A stretch of 64,000 nt of DNA from the human T2T-CHM13v2.0 reference genome, Homo sapiens. The notes under the pieces are model-generated. The model had not been told where the DNA came from, did not search any database, and saw only the letters and a list, made by a program, of their open reading frames with translations. Below are positions 35,854 to 50,624 of the stretch, in pieces (the stretch's first letter is position 1; each line of letters starts with the position of its first letter). The translations under genes were made by a program, and so were the position numbers. Where the stretch lies: NCBI RefSeq assembly GCF_009914755.1, contig NC_060940.1; one strand, 5' to 3'.

Positions 35854-37600
35854 GTGGAAAATCGCTAGAGAGAATAACAACACTCTGAAGAAGAAAAATG
35901 GTGCCATTGCAACAGAGAAGGTACCCCTCGTGCCGGCCTAAGGGGCCAGGAAGTCAGAGTAGGCTTCTTGGAGGAGGTGACTTCAAAGCTGAGATCTAAG
36001 AAATTAGCAGACCGTAATCATGCAAAGAGGATAGGGAAATAATGTTTCAGGCAGAAGGAAGCACTGAACCTTAGGGTCTAAAGGGTTGTTACAAAAAAGA
36101 ACAAGATTAGGCTGCAGACACAGATGTAGGTTACTGTTCAGTGTTGATTTAGCCCAACCAGCACTAGAGAATGGGACCATTGCCCAGAGTTCTCTCCTCC
36201 TCTGTAATCAGATTTTCATTCAGATGGGCACTGCCATTTCTCAGGAGGAAGGCAAAGTGAGAAGACATCACCATGGAGATAGGCGTGGCAGGGCCATGAC
36301 ACATTCAACAACCTCTCTTCCGAACCTGAAAGTGAACTGTGCTGTTCAGGTTGTTTATATATAGTTGTAAATAGGCAACACTGTGACATTTTTAAAAATA
36401 AACTATTCCAATTTTGTTTAGGGTTTTTCTTTTTAATTTGCTATGCATCAATGGCTGTGTCTTCAGAGTTCTGGAAGATAATATTTCATTTAGCAAGCAG
36501 TCACCAAGCTCTCCTGGGTGCCATGTGCCCTCAGTGTTGCAGAGATAGATGAGACAAACTCCTGATCTCAAAGAATTTAAAAGTCCTACTGCAGTTACAG
36601 AATATTGCAGAGAAAAGACTGAATTATTGACATTAAGCAGAAAATGACAATTGCTGAAAAGAGCTATGGATAAAGGGAAAAAGTGACCAATGCAGAAAAT
36701 ATAGACAACTATGGAAATCAACTGTACAGACTATGCAAATCAACTACACAAACTATACCAATCAACTTTTTTCCCTCTTAACTGCTTGAGAAACTTTGTG
36801 CCTGCATGGTTGTGAGTGTGGCAGGAAGAGGAGGAGGAATAGAAGAGGATTCACCCCCGTGTGTGCAGGTAAATGCTACAAGGTGGCCACAGGGGGACAG
36901 TAGTCTCTGTCCCTGGGAGGAGAACTACTACCATAGCAAAGGCGTCATCTTAAACAGCCTCGACAACTCAAACACAAGGATAAAAATAGAAGCCCCAGAA
37001 GGATTTAGTGAAAATAAAATGAAACCTGAGAGCCCCAGAGGCAACCCTGGATTTGCTGGAGAGGCAAAGCACAGTGCAATCTGGTGGACCCCAAGGTCAA
37101 GGGCAGGAAGCATTATTGCAGGTGAGAGCTTAGGAAGGGGCCTCTTGACCTGGCCCCGGGGTGGACAAAAGGCTAGGAGAACTAGATGACAATAATGATT
37201 TTAACAAGGATCAGGCTTCACTCAGTGGTCTCCGATGCTGTGAGAAACTCTTACTCTTGCAAAACCACAAAACCTGCCTGACTCAGGAAAGACAGAAGGA
37301 AAGAGAACGCTTTACACAAAATACAATTCCAGATCCCTCATCGAGAAAAAAACTCCAAATGATTCCTTATAGGCAAGGCCCTGTAGCAGACACAGCAAAC
37401 AAAGTCTTCAAAAAAGCCTGGCCCCACACAAACACTTCTGGATAAGCATTTATGGTAGGCCTGCTGTATGCACAGCATCAGTACTGTTCACTTCAGCGAC
37501 ACCTCAACTTCATCCCAAGCACATGGGCATAAAGAAACAAAAGAATGCCTGTCACTGAAAAGCTCATGAGCTAGTTGGCAGAGACCATGCATAACCTAAA

Positions 37601-37776
37601 CCAGCGACTCTCAACCTGGTTCTTCATATGAAACAGTTGGAAATCAATTCCGGGGCCCCATCTGCAGATCCCCAGACCTATTGAATCTGAATCTCTGCTA
37701 GAGGAGCCTAAGAACCACTTGAAAGAGAAAGTTCTCCAGGTTGTGCTAGGGATTACCTGGATTTAGGAAAATATGC
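37601..37776. mobile_element. MER5-like hAT MITE
   Basis: CAGCGACTCTCAACCTGG...CCCCAGACCTATTGAATCTGAATCTCTG. Confidence 0.6.
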
Positions 37777-38692
37777 AACATTTTTTCAGAGAGAACATCT
37801 CCCTTCTTAACATTTTTCTAGCTCAACACCTTGGGTCTTTAATACACAAGCTTCATAGGATGCAAATATTTCCCAATATAACATCACTGCACTAATGTTG
37901 GTAAAGGAAAACATATATTTACATCCCCAATCCTCAGTGCAATATAGTTTTTAATACAATATGCAAATAAAGAATTGAGTGTCCTTCCAAATAAAATCAG
38001 TACAACGTCAGAATAATATGTAGCTATTTGAAAGCTGAGGGTCAAAAACAGAACTTGAGTCTCCAAATGTGGCCGGCGCTAAGAAGTATACCGTAGCATC
38101 ACTGCAGAAGAGGTGGCTGATTCCTAGCATCCATATTAATTGTCTGACATTTTGCAAGCAAAGTTTTAAACATTTTACATTCTAACATATCTTGTTCCAT
38201 ATATAGGTATTTTACCTTGTCTTAGTTATGATTTAAGAAATTTGTTAAGGGTTCGGGGCTACTGGTTAATGCCATATAATTGTTCCTATCTAAAATAACT
38301 AGTTACAGGTGCCAAGTTAACCGTTTCAGACAGAATGTGTGAGGTTGGGGCATAAATTATTGACGCTAAGTGGGAGATGACTATAATTCAAGTCTAATGT
38401 GGTCCTTGCAGCTGCTAGGAGCAATATTCAGCACAGGGGGAGACCCACTCTACCTGTGTGCCCCTGAGAAACCACTGTGAGGCCCGTGAAAATGGCACTA
38501 GGCCTCAGCAGATGGTGAGGTGTTTTCCAGGCTGGAAAATGGAAAGAGGAAAGGAGATAAAATTTTAGGAGGAGAAAGAATTCCACGAGAAAGCAGAGAT
38601 GTTTGAAAGAGCTTGGTACTAGCTAGAGAATCTGACTTTGTGTATCTGGAACTTAAAGTGCATGTGAAGAGCTGAGAAGAAAGGAGACTGGA

Positions 38693-38968
38693 GGCCGGGC
38701 ATGGTGGCTCACACCTGTAATGCCAGCAATTTGGGAGGCTGAGGCGGGTGGATCATCTGAGGTCATGAGTTCGATACCAGTCTAGCCAACATGGTGAAAC
38801 CCCCATCTCTACTAAATATAAAAAAATTAGCCAGGCTTGGCGGTGCACACCTGTAGTCCCAGCTATTCAGGAGGCTGAGGCAGGAGAATGGCTTGAACCC
38901 AGGAGGCACAGGTTGTAGTGAACCAGGATAGCCCCACGGCATTCCAGCCTGGGCGACAGAGCAAGACA
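38693..38968 (+). mobile_element. AluSx-like with microsatellite-converted tail
   Basis: Full dimer; TSD AAGGAGA(C/G)TGGA at 38681-38692 and 39167-39178. Confidence 0.9.
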
Positions 38969-39170
38969 GAAAGAAAGAAGGAAAGAAAGAAGGAAAGAAG
39001 GAAGGAAGGAGGGAGGGAAGGAAGGAGGGAGGGAGGGAGGGAAGGAAGGAAGGAAGGAAGGAAAGAAAGAAAGGCAGGAAAGAAGAAAGGAAGGAAGGAA
39101 AGAAGAAAGGAAGAAAAGAAAAGAAAAGAAAAGAAAAGAAAAGAGAAGAAAAGAAAGGAAGGAAGGAAGG
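38969..39170 (+). repeat. Compound purine microsatellite (GAAA/GGAA/GGGA/GAAAA)n
   Basis: About 200 bp almost pure A/G with arrays of these units. Confidence 0.95.
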
Positions 39171-39199
39171 AGAGTGGAAAAAGAGGGATGGGTAGGTCA

Positions 39200-39480
39200 T
39201 GCATTCATTCATTCATGCATGCATTCACCATGTGTTTAATGAGCATCTGCTATGTGCCAGGCACTGTTCAAGGCACTGAAGATACAGAAAGAAAACAGAC
39301 AAACCAAAAAATTCATCATCATGATCTCTTCCCTAAAATAGCTGAACACTCAGTAGGGGAGAAAGACATTAAACAAATGAACACAGATGGTGCTTAACGT
39401 TATATAATGTGGGGAGAGACCTAAAGTGGTTTTGATGATCACAGGCAATTTCCCTGATAATTTTTTTTTAAGCTGGACTC
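39200..39480 (-). mobile_element. L2 3' end
   Basis: ATTCATTCATTCAT...TTTAATGAGCATCTGCTATGTGCCAGGCACTGTT. Confidence 0.75.
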
Positions 39481-40506
39481 TGAAGGTCGGGTCCCAGCTT
39501 ATTAGGATAGGATACTGAATCCTTTGAATGTTTCAAATGAGTTCTGGTTTGGTTGTGTATGGGAACTATTTCCCATTTATCCATTTTTTTCAGGTTTTAA
39601 CATCCAGAAGGCAAAAATGGGTTGCCAAGGAGCCATAAGAGATGTGTTTGAGACAAATAGAGCAGAGAGGTAAGTGAGAGGCATAGGAAGGGAGGCTGTT
39701 GATGAAAAACCAGACATAAAGAGGGGCAGTTTCTACAATGGCTGTGGCTTAGCCCATTTGTACCAGTGCTGTCTGGCTGTGGCCAGCAAAGGCCTCCATG
39801 TAGTCTGCATTCAAGGACAGGCAGCATAAAGCACAAGGTAACACTGATGACTTTGTATCTGGAAATGATTAATATTCCACTTTGGAGAGCAGCTCAGAGT
39901 AGTGCCATTCTTCTCAGCTCCTGAAAAGCACGGGTGGTCTCAACTGGACCTTGGAGAACATGAACAAACCGAGTAGGTGGCATTTGCACACTTTGGCTCC
40001 CCAAAAAATCCATCAAAGCATTTTAGAGACTGTGAAGTCCATGAAGATGGTTAGGTCTCACTGTTCATTCCATCATTCATTCCACAGTTACTTTCTGAGT
40101 GGCTGCTATGGGCAAGGCACCGTGCTAGGAGAGGGTAGGAGGGAAGACATGAGAGGAAGCAGGAACTGCATGTGCAAAGGCCCTGAGGCTGCAAGGAGCA
40201 CGGCAAGTAGGACAGACCTTAAGAAGGCCATTGTGGGAGACAGCCAAGGAGGGAAATCCTTGAGAGGAGAGGGGAGAGAATGGGCAGAGCCAGGTAGGCC
40301 ATCCCATGCACAGTGAGATTACACTGAAGAGTTTTCAGCAGCCATAAGTTCAACCAGCTTTGTTTCCAAAATATCATTCTAGCTGTACCATGAAGAGATC
40401 AGAGGGTAAAATGAGTGGTTGCAGTAAAAGCCAGTGAATTAAGAGACAAATTCACCCATTACACCAGGGGCTAATTGAGTTTGGACTAGGGAAGAGCTAT
40501 TCAAAC

Positions 40507-40662
40507 CCTAGTTTTCAGCCCAGCAGTATCACCACACCTGGGAGCTTCAAAAATGCAAATTCCCAGCTCCTACCTAAACCCACTGCATCAAAATTGCTAG
40601 GAGTGGGGCCCAGGAATGTGATCTTCAGGTGATTCTTGTAACTCTCAAGTTTGAGAAACACT
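40507..40662. mobile_element. MER5A MITE
   Basis: CACCTGGGAGCTT...AAATGCAAATTCCCAG...GGAGTGGGGCCCAGGAAT...CAGGTGATTCT...AAGTTTGAGAAACACT. Confidence 0.75.
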
Positions 40663-40739
40663 AGACCAGGGTAGCAGTGGCCCTGAGAAACACCGTATGA
40701 AGACGTATCTTGAAAAAGTGAGTAAGTGGATCGATAAGA

Positions 40740-41090
40740 AATATGAGTACATTTTGATAAATCTATAATATAGAATATTATGGCACTATTAAGAATTAGA
40801 TGATGTATACACATACAGAAAGATACTTTTGATGTACTATTACATGAAAAAGGAAAATGCTGGAGAAAGAGTTTAACAGTTTATTAAAAATAGGAAGACA
40901 TGCCTCTAGCCCATATGTGTATATATTTGTATGTTTATGTAAGAATATAAAAAGCTACAGAATACCATATATCAAAATGTTAACATCAGTGCCCTAGTAG
41001 GCAGGGAGTAGAGAAGGATTGAAAGTGATTATTTTCATTTTTATATATAGTTTTTCTTTTTTTGTTGTTAAAAACAAGCAACTTTGTAAA
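40740..41090 (+). mobile_element. L1ME 3' fragment
   Basis: AGAATATTATGGCACTATTAAGA...ATATCAAAATGTTAACA...GTGATTATTTTCATTTTT. Confidence 0.55.
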
Positions 41091-43749
41091 TGCTTTTATA
41101 ACTTAAAACTAAAACAAAAGTTTTGAATTATACAAGTATATAAATATACTCCTCAATAATTAAAATGCAACTAATACAGCAGTCATGCACACGCTGGGTG
41201 AGGGGCCCCAGCAGAAAGCACACTGGCCTAGGAATCGAGAGATTTGCCTTCTAAATTGGGTTCTGCCCTGATTCCTGGCTGCTTCCCCTCCTTGAGCCTC
41301 TGTGAGATGAGACAGCTGTACTAAAGCTGGACCCCCACACTTGTCCTTCATTACCATTTTTTTAAGTTTTTTTGTCTTTATGGTTCCTGGGTTTAGAGAA
41401 ACGATCCCTAAACTAAGCTTATTATATACTCAGGCCTCTCTTTCCACAGTGGTCAGTAAAATATCAAATTTCTGTTGGGCTTTTTAGACTGTCAAAATTC
41501 AACCAAATCCCTTTTTAAGGGGACGACTGAACAAGAGGATATATATCTAGGGCCTTTTTCAGTCAACAGCATAAACACTCCTGATGCTGTGATTTTTCTT
41601 AGAACTTCCTGTGAAGAGTGTGGTCACTGGCAACAGGCAAAACAGAACATCACCAGGCTTCATGCACTATGCTCATCCGGGCATGAGCAACACAACAAAA
41701 GCCTGCAGAGGTGCCTAGCTGTCCCCAAAGCAACGGTGTCAGGGGGCTGGGGTGGGGGAAGGGGAGAGAGGCCTTTGAGTGCAAGCAGCATTCTAGGCTC
41801 AAAAGAGCCAACTGTGCTGACTCAAAAAAAAAAAAAAAAATTTTTTTTTTCAAAAATGCCTGTGGGTAAATTTGAGCTGCCCACAGCTCCCCAGGGGCAT
41901 CTCGAACTTGCTGTCAAGCCATTTCTGTGGATTTCAGTCAAATTCTAATTTTAGTGTTCATTAAACACGGGTAATTCCCCAGCCGGTCCCTGCCTCACCT
42001 CATACACAGAGTACATTGGCAATATAGGTCACCCAGGCTTCGAAAGCACTCCCACATCAAAGAGAAACCTTTTCATTATAGGCATTAACTTTATAAATAA
42101 TGAACTTTAAAAAATTTTCCAAAGCTGTGGGGCAGGCATGAGGAGAGCTGGCATACTCCTTGTGAACAAGTGCGTGAGTGTGGTTTCTTTTGGAGGTGAC
42201 CGTTCATGAGGTTTCCGTTCGGGGAGCTGGTATGGTGTGAAGAGGTACCTGCATCTACTCCTCCATTTGGAAAGATATTTATTTAGACTAATAAGATGGG
42301 ACACAATTATAATGTGTAATATTGAAAAAACTCACACAGGCAAATTCGTGCACGTGCACACACACATCCATCCACTACGGGCAGAGCCATGTCTACACAC
42401 AACAGACTGCATAAAACAGCATTTTATGCCTTTCTTTGCTTGTAAACACTATTTCTTATCATAGCTGTATCAGTTAATATCTTTTTATCTGAAAGTAACT
42501 AAAACAAAAGCATGCTTAAATCCTAAGGATATTTAATATTCTACCCAACAGCCCAAAGGTGTTGACTCAAATACTAGCTGAACAGCCTCACCATCACGAA
42601 GTGGCTGCTGTGACACCAGACATCACTTCCTCGAACAAGAGTATTCATGTGACAAGTCTCAATGGTCACATTAGGCATCAGAAATGTTTTCTTCCCTGTT
42701 AATACATTTGCATACGTAGTTCCCAGCACCTTAACAAAGGTTCCTCCTTTTCTGTGCTCAGTTAACACCTATCCATTTCTTAGGACTTAACACAAGTGTC
42801 AGCTCCTGAAAGACCTTGTCCACCCTGACTGTTATCCACCCTGGAGTAGTCTACCCTGTCTGTCTCATTTTGTTCCCTACCATCAAAGCTTTTCTCATTC
42901 CTCCATATAATTGTGTGTTTACCTGCTTTACTCAGGACATTGTGAGCTGGATGAGACAGGAACTGTGATTTGTTGGTCTCTGGATGTCCTGTGCTTTACC
43001 CAGGGCCTGTTCCTCTGTGTCTCTTGACTGAACAACAAAAGAGAATTGTCCAGGTGCCATCCTAAGCTCAAAAAACCAAACCCCTATGCATGGGGCATGG
43101 ATTCAGTGAGAGAGACCAGACCTGCCTTTACCAAGGCACAGGTGGGGAGCCCAGTTCTGCAGATGTGCATTGCAGGGACCTCATCTAGAATACTAGAGAA
43201 TGGCTCCTACCTGCCAAACTCCAAGAGATTAACACATTCTTTAGGGCCCAGAGATTATGACGGGACTTCAGAGAAGCTGTTAGAAGAACATGGGCACAAC
43301 TAACCTACACTCTGAGATTGTGGTGGGGTGTAGGTGACCATCAGGGTAGACAGAGAAGGAGGTTTCATCTTTTTCTCCATTGGCACCCCCTGGTCAGTTT
43401 CCAAGAAAGGGCCTGGTTCTGCTGCTGGGGGCAGGACACATCTGTGGTGGTAGCAGGCCCAGGGAGCTGGCTCAGGGCCTAGTAGCTCTTGGCAAGTCAA
43501 GAGGAACAGGGTGGGGAGAGCCATTTTCCCCTCCTCACTCCTGGCCTCACAATCCTGCAAAGGCCGAGACAAGGCAAGCAAACAGAAACCAACTCTCTGA
43601 AAGCAACGGGCCAGGCTGGCCTGGGGCTGCAGACGGCTTCAGGGCAGCGAGAAAACCCTGGAGTATGAGAGGTGTGGCTTCCAATCCAACCCAGTGCAGA
43701 GGTGAGCAGGTGGGAAGATGCCACAGAATGACCACATCTTCTCAGTCCC

Positions 43750-43975
43750 AAAGAGGCAGCCTTGGGGCAGAGCCAAACCCTGTGTTTGAATCCTAGCTCT
43801 GCCATGTAGAAGATACGGAGCCTTGGGGGATTTATTAACCTCTCTGCACCTCGGTTTTTTCATCACCAAAACTGGGATAATAATACCTGCCATGTTAGGT
43901 TGTTATGAAGATTAAATGAGTTAATATCTTTAAGTGCTTACAAGAATGCCTGGCATATAGGGCATGCTATCTATA
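43750..43975 (+). mobile_element. MIR
   Basis: GTTTGAATCCTAGCTCTGCCA...TTAACCTCTCTGCACCTCGGTTTTTCATC...GAAGATTAAATGAGTTAATA...TGCCTGGCATATAG. Confidence 0.85.
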
Positions 43976-44343
43976 TAAAATATAAACAATGAAGTGAGAT
44001 AATTCACTAAAACATCAGGGAACAGATAAGCCTAGACCTTCCAGTTTACCTGGACTTTGGATGTTAGGCCCTGTCCACACAACACAAGATGAAGCGAAGA
44101 GTTAGAAGCCACTACTAGTTAACCTGGTTAATTAAACCAGGTCAAGAATGCTATGCACCAAGCATGCTACATCAGTGCCTGAATCATTGTTATCATAGTT
44201 TTCATAAAATTGATGGTACCTTGTTCCATAATACAGTTGAAAACGAATCAGTTCAGACCTTATACATGAGCTAGAGCTCAAAGGGTTTGCTATTTGAATT
44301 GTATTGCCACGGACCAGGTAGAAGGGAAACAGTTTTTGTGTCA

Positions 44344-44598
<255 letters not shown>

Positions 44599-45497
44599 CT
44601 AAACTCTGGAGAGAAGACACGTCTCCAATGATGAGATGCATCGAAAGGGGGAAAGAACATGGTCTTCTTCTCAAAACATCAAATTAAACCATTACCATCT
44701 TGACGGTTTGATCAGCATCTGTTCCTTATACAGAAAGCACATTTTGCACTGGGGCTTTGTCCAAGTATTCAAATGTGGGTTGCTCCAATATTCTCCAGCC
44801 CCTCGCCTACCAGTCCTGGAGTTAATATTGTTTATGGGCTGTTAGTTTCCTTTGATTATTTTTATTGACGCCTGGTGCTTAAGAATCAGCAGATTGATGG
44901 CACCCCTGGAGCCAAACTCTGGGCAGATGCTAACGTGAGTCCTTTTCCCTACAGACAGAACCCAGACTCCGGAACACCCGAGGCAAGCCCACGATGCCAT
45001 GTTGAGCAGTCACAGAGCCAGCCATTGTTGGGAGACATTGGGGGCATTAAGGAAAACCACATACAAAGCCACAGCTGTCACTGCTCCCATCATCCCCCAC
45101 ATGTAAGGCTGCTCCCTCCACTCCCTGACCCACCAGGTATTTCTCTGATGCCACTGCATATGTGATTCCCTTGGCCCAGGGTAATCTTTGCACATCTCTT
45201 CCTACAGAATAGTCATTCTGAAAGACTCTGCTCCAATTGCACCTTGATCAAGAAAACTTGTCTGAATTCTCACTCTGCATACTGGGAGAACCCTAAGCTG
45301 GCCTCTATTTTAACCCCCAGACAAAGCCTCCTACTTATTTGAAGTTTTGCACATAGACTCTCAGATCCTCAGAACAAGAACCTTTCTTCATCTCTGCATG
45401 TCCTTCTAAGCGCTGTTCCTTGCATAAAAAATGAATAAACAATTTTCACGTCTAAAGCACACACATAGGTGTGTAAATCTGTTAACCGTTACAAAGT

Positions 45498-46306
<809 letters not shown>

Positions 46307-47069
46307 TGAAGGGAGCATGAGACTGTGGTAAAGCACTGATGCAGTACTTGGAGGGATCTGGGCCCTAGTTCTGACGCTGTTACTGCCTCCTGTGTGATCC
46401 TGGGGAAATTGTTTAACCTCTCTGAGCATAATTTTCTTTGTCTATGGAAGCTCATGGGGTTACTTAGGAGTATAGAAAGATTTATATTCAACAGAAAAGC
46501 ACTTTTAAATACCAGGACACAAAACAAGCACAAGATCCGGTTTTTTCAGATACTTTTTCTTTTTTAGGGATCTGCCAGCTAGACAGCTTTATTTAAATTG
46601 ACTCGAAGTGAGACAGGATACAAACACACCACATTATTTAGAACATTACAAAAGCCACTACATCATAAAACTAAGGGATATGACCAGTGAGGCACTCAAA
46701 GGTAAATTCATAGCTGAATATTTTTAAAAGCTTATATATGAGAGCCATTACTGGATACTAAGCGTTATCATATTTGATTCTCAAATCTACCCTACTATTA
46801 TAACTCATTTACACTTAGGAAAATAGAAGTCTTAGAAATGTTAAACAGACACAAGAAGTGGTAGAAATAAACCGAATTTAAATCAAAGCTTCATAGTGCA
46901 AAACCTCTGTTCCTCAATCACTGTTCATCCTGGTTATCATAGCTTTTTCAGGGAGGCATCCAGTTTTGTTGATTTTCTTTTTATCTTATGTAGCCAAAAC
47001 TTACATTATTCCCATAGTCCCTTCTTACAATTTATGGGCACGGCACACCAACCTGATTTATGAGGGAAA

Positions 47070-47397
47070 CAATCTCCATGGTTTTTGTGGATCTGCCTCT
47101 AGGTTGCCAGAACTCCATTTGCCCATGGTCATGGTCAACTTCTCCCTGCAGACAACCCTTAACCAGTGATTGGCAGGTATAGGATATAAATGTCCCAAAC
47201 TCCTCACACCTTGAGTGGGAAAATTTGGAGCTTTTGTTTACACCACTTCCCTGAGTTTCCATTCAGGATTTAGCTTGAGCTGCCCACTACAGCACTTGGC
47301 TTACTACCTCACCTCTTACTGGCTGCCTGCCCTCCCCTGTACAGGTGCTGGGCCCTTGGTTGGGTCTGCTTCTAGGATGGGGAACTCAAATAAGACA
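47070..47397 (+). mobile_element. ERVL LTR16C-like
   Basis: CCCTTAACCAGTGATTGGCAGG...ATAAATGTCCCAAACTCCTCAC...GGGTCTGCTTCTAGGATGGGGAACTCAAATAAGACA. Confidence 0.6.
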
Positions 47398-47579
47398 TGT
47401 AGATAAGACAACCTAGAAACTTATAGTGGTTCCCAACATAGGTAAGGAAAAATGAAACAAAGCACAACCCCATAAGTGAATTAAAGATAAAACAGCATTT
47501 AAAATGGTGGACTAAAATTGACATAAAACCAAAAAATGTGGACAACAATCTCAATATGCTTTTCCTAGAACACCAAGTT

Positions 47580-48030
47580 AAAAAAAAAAACAAATGTTGA
47601 GAGGGAAGTTAATAGGTAAGAAACACATGGCAAAGTTCCAGCTCCAACATATGGATAACTGGTGTTGCAGGAAACCAAAACAAATGAAACAAAAGTAAAA
47701 TGGGAGCTACAATGAAGCTGAATAATTTATTCTGAAAGTGAAAAGGCAAGCAACATTAACACAAGAAGTAATACCTAGACATAACCTCTTTTATTGCTGT
47801 TTTTTTTTTTAAATTCAAAAATAAAAGACTACTAAGAGTATTCAGGCAGAAAATTCATATTACCTATAAAAGAAGAGAATGCATGCTGGCCTTCCAACAA
47901 CACATCCCAGAAGAAAACTGAGTAACGTCCATGTTAATGGTGTTTTAAAGGAGGAAAAAAATGGCTACCCTGTGAATGTTATACCCAGCCAAATAGACAG
48001 GCATATCTGAAAATGATTCAGTGATAGATA
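47580..48030 (+). mobile_element. Old L1/HAL1 ORF1-region fragment
   Basis: CTCCAACATATGGATAACTGGTGTT, ATACCTAGACATA, TTACCTATAAAAGAAG, TTATACCCAGCCAAA. Confidence 0.55.
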
Positions 48031-49002
48031 CGTAGTGACATATAAATTATAACAAGCATTTTAGATTTTAGGGGAGAAAATTACTAAAATATTAGTAAAA
48101 TGGAAAACCAAAATCTCTACATTGTTAATTCTGCTTTGATTAAAATCAGATTTAAAACAATCTCATAGTTAACTTTTGAGAGATTCTCAGATTTTGATTA
48201 TTGATACAAAGCTGTGAGAATATAATGCCCTGGGCAAAATGTTATCACATATAAATTATTTATACTGCATATATAATGTAAATAAGGGTATAAGATAGGG
48301 AATACTCAGATGCTTTAAAACCTACTAAGAATACAAATATGAGCCAGTGTAGTAAAAGCTCTTTGTATGTTTTTAATCTTTCAAAATTTGAATTCTGACT
48401 AGTTTATTTGAAGCTCTAATGTCAGATTCTACATTAATTGTTATATAATTTTAAAATTGAGACAATAATAACTTTTTTATAAAGGGGAATTTTTATTTGC
48501 TCATTGCACTTTTGTTTTAGGAAACAATTTTAATTTACTCAAACCTAACCATGAATGTACTGAAGTTATAATTAACCAACATAAAAACAGTTCCTATCTC
48601 ATCAAGTTATGAAATAAAACAAACCAACAGAAAACACCTCTCCTCCACTTTGTACAAATTATGATTCAAGCGAAACTCAGTGGTGACTACAAGGAACACA
48701 TTTTTAAATAGCACTGTGTCATGACTTTTTTCCCTCAACATGCAGAATACATGGACAAGAGATAAAACAAAGAACTCGAACATTAGCACAGTGTGTAAAA
48801 TGATTGGTGGTAAATAGTAAAAACTTCTCCATGATGATAAAGTACAAATACAATAATATGAAGATAACCATGGAAAGATGTAACACATACAAAATCACAG
48901 TCCTATACAGAGTAAAAATAAAATCCAGATTCTGCACTACATTACCTTCTTAAAATATATATAAATATATATAACATATATATAATATAATATTTATATA
49001 TC

Positions 49003-49514
49003 CATTACTACACAACAATCCAAAACTTAGTGGCTTAAATCGACCATGGTGTATTGTGACTGATGACCCCATAGGACGCCTGAATGGCTCTGTCAATCTG
49101 GGCTGCCGGAACTGATCTCCTCGGCCACACTGGCTCATGCATCTGTGGTTGGCGGGCAGTTCATCTGGGCCTGGTAGTCATGAACAACCTCAATTACCAG
49201 TCTGGCGGCTGGCTTGTCATCGTCTAAGGCCATTGGGTGATAGGGCCAAATGTCTCTCAGCAACCTGCAGGGTCACCCATGCTTGCTTACAGGATGGCTG
49301 CAGGTTTCCAAGAGACAGCAGAAGCACACAAACCCTGACGCGGCCACTGTCACTCCACCTTATGCCACTGGCAAATCAAGTGTCGGAGCTGGCACAGACA
49401 CCAGACTCCATCACCTACAGGAGGAGCTGCAAAGCCATATTGCAAAGCGCACAGACACAAGGAAGGGGAAAGAAATGAGAACTTTTTCCACTGATTTTTG
49501 CAATCAATCTAACA
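49003..49514 (-). mobile_element. MLT1 (F/G/H-like) LTR
   Basis: CCAAAACTTAGTGGCTTAAA...TGGCTCATGCATCTGTGG...GAGCTGCAAAGCCATATTGCAAAG...TTTTTGCAATCAATCTA. Confidence 0.7.
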
Positions 49515-49727
49515 TGGTTAGGGAGAGGATAATGGGAGGAAGTAAAATGGTACCATCTTCTTGATAGTGATATAAAAATTATATTATTGGTATGGAATTA
49601 TATTGATGACATAGTCTAAATTCAGAAAAGTACACTATAAAACATTGTGGTCTCCTATCTGTAAAGTAAAAATTATATAAAGAACTCGTAAGTAAGTAAT
49701 AAAAGGATCAATACTCTTAATTTAAAA

Positions 49728-50082
<355 letters not shown>

Positions 50083-50242
50083 TCATTAGCAACCAAACGG
50101 CCACTTTAAAAAATGCATATATGTGCATACACACATGTAGAAGTGTATATATGCACACACATATACATATATTTACACACTTTTTATAAAAATATATACA
50201 TTTATGAAGGTATGCTAAACATATTGAAAGGATGCAGTTTTA

Positions 50243-50284
50243 GTCTACAGCCATACCACCTTGAATGTACCCCATCTTGTCTGA
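50243..50284 (+). pseudogene. 3'-truncated (tailless) 5S rRNA retropseudogene, 5S nt 1-42
   Basis: GTCTACAGCCATACCACCTTGAATGTACCCCATCTTGTCTGA matches recalled human 5S 5' end at 35/42, mostly at CpG positions; TSD TGAAA(G/A)GATGCAGTTTT at 50225-50241 and 50282-50298. Confidence 0.9.
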
Positions 50285-50312
50285 AAAGATGCAGTTTTGC
50301 CTTCCAAATTTG

Positions 50313-50317
<5 letters not shown>

Positions 50318-50345
<28 letters not shown>

Positions 50346-50621
50346 GAGATGGACTCTAGCTCTTTCGCCCAGGCCAGACTGCAGTGGCGCGATCTCGGCT
50401 CACTGCAAGCTCCGCCTCCCGGGTTCACACCATTCTCCTGCCTCAGCCTCCTGAGTAACTGGGATTACAGGCGCCTGCCACCGCGCCCGGCTAATTTTTT
50501 GTATTTTCAGTAGAGACGGGGTTTCACCGTGTTAGCCAAGATGGTCTCAATCTCCTAACCTCGTGATCCACCCGCCTTGGCCTCCAAAAGTGCTGGGATG
50601 CGTGAGCCACTGCACCCGGCC
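50318..50621 (-). mobile_element. AluY
   Basis: Long poly-T; GCAAGCTCCGCCTCCCGGGTTCACACCATTCTCC and CACCGTGTTAGCCA diagnostics. Confidence 0.92.
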
Positions 50622-50624
50622 CAT

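Noticed and set aside
36882-36902. CTCF-like GTGGCCACAGGGGGACAG (also TCAGCAGATGGTGA near 38505)
   Set aside because: Spacing or core bases deviate from the CTCF consensus; cannot be supported without a PWM scan or ChIP data
38763-39397. 149-159 aa ORFs rich in F/S/L or K/E/R/G
   Set aside because: A stop-free purine microsatellite plus Alu and L2 sequence explains them
41475-41948. 157-aa ORF
   Set aside because: No ATG start, crosses poly-A/poly-T runs, no homology recognised
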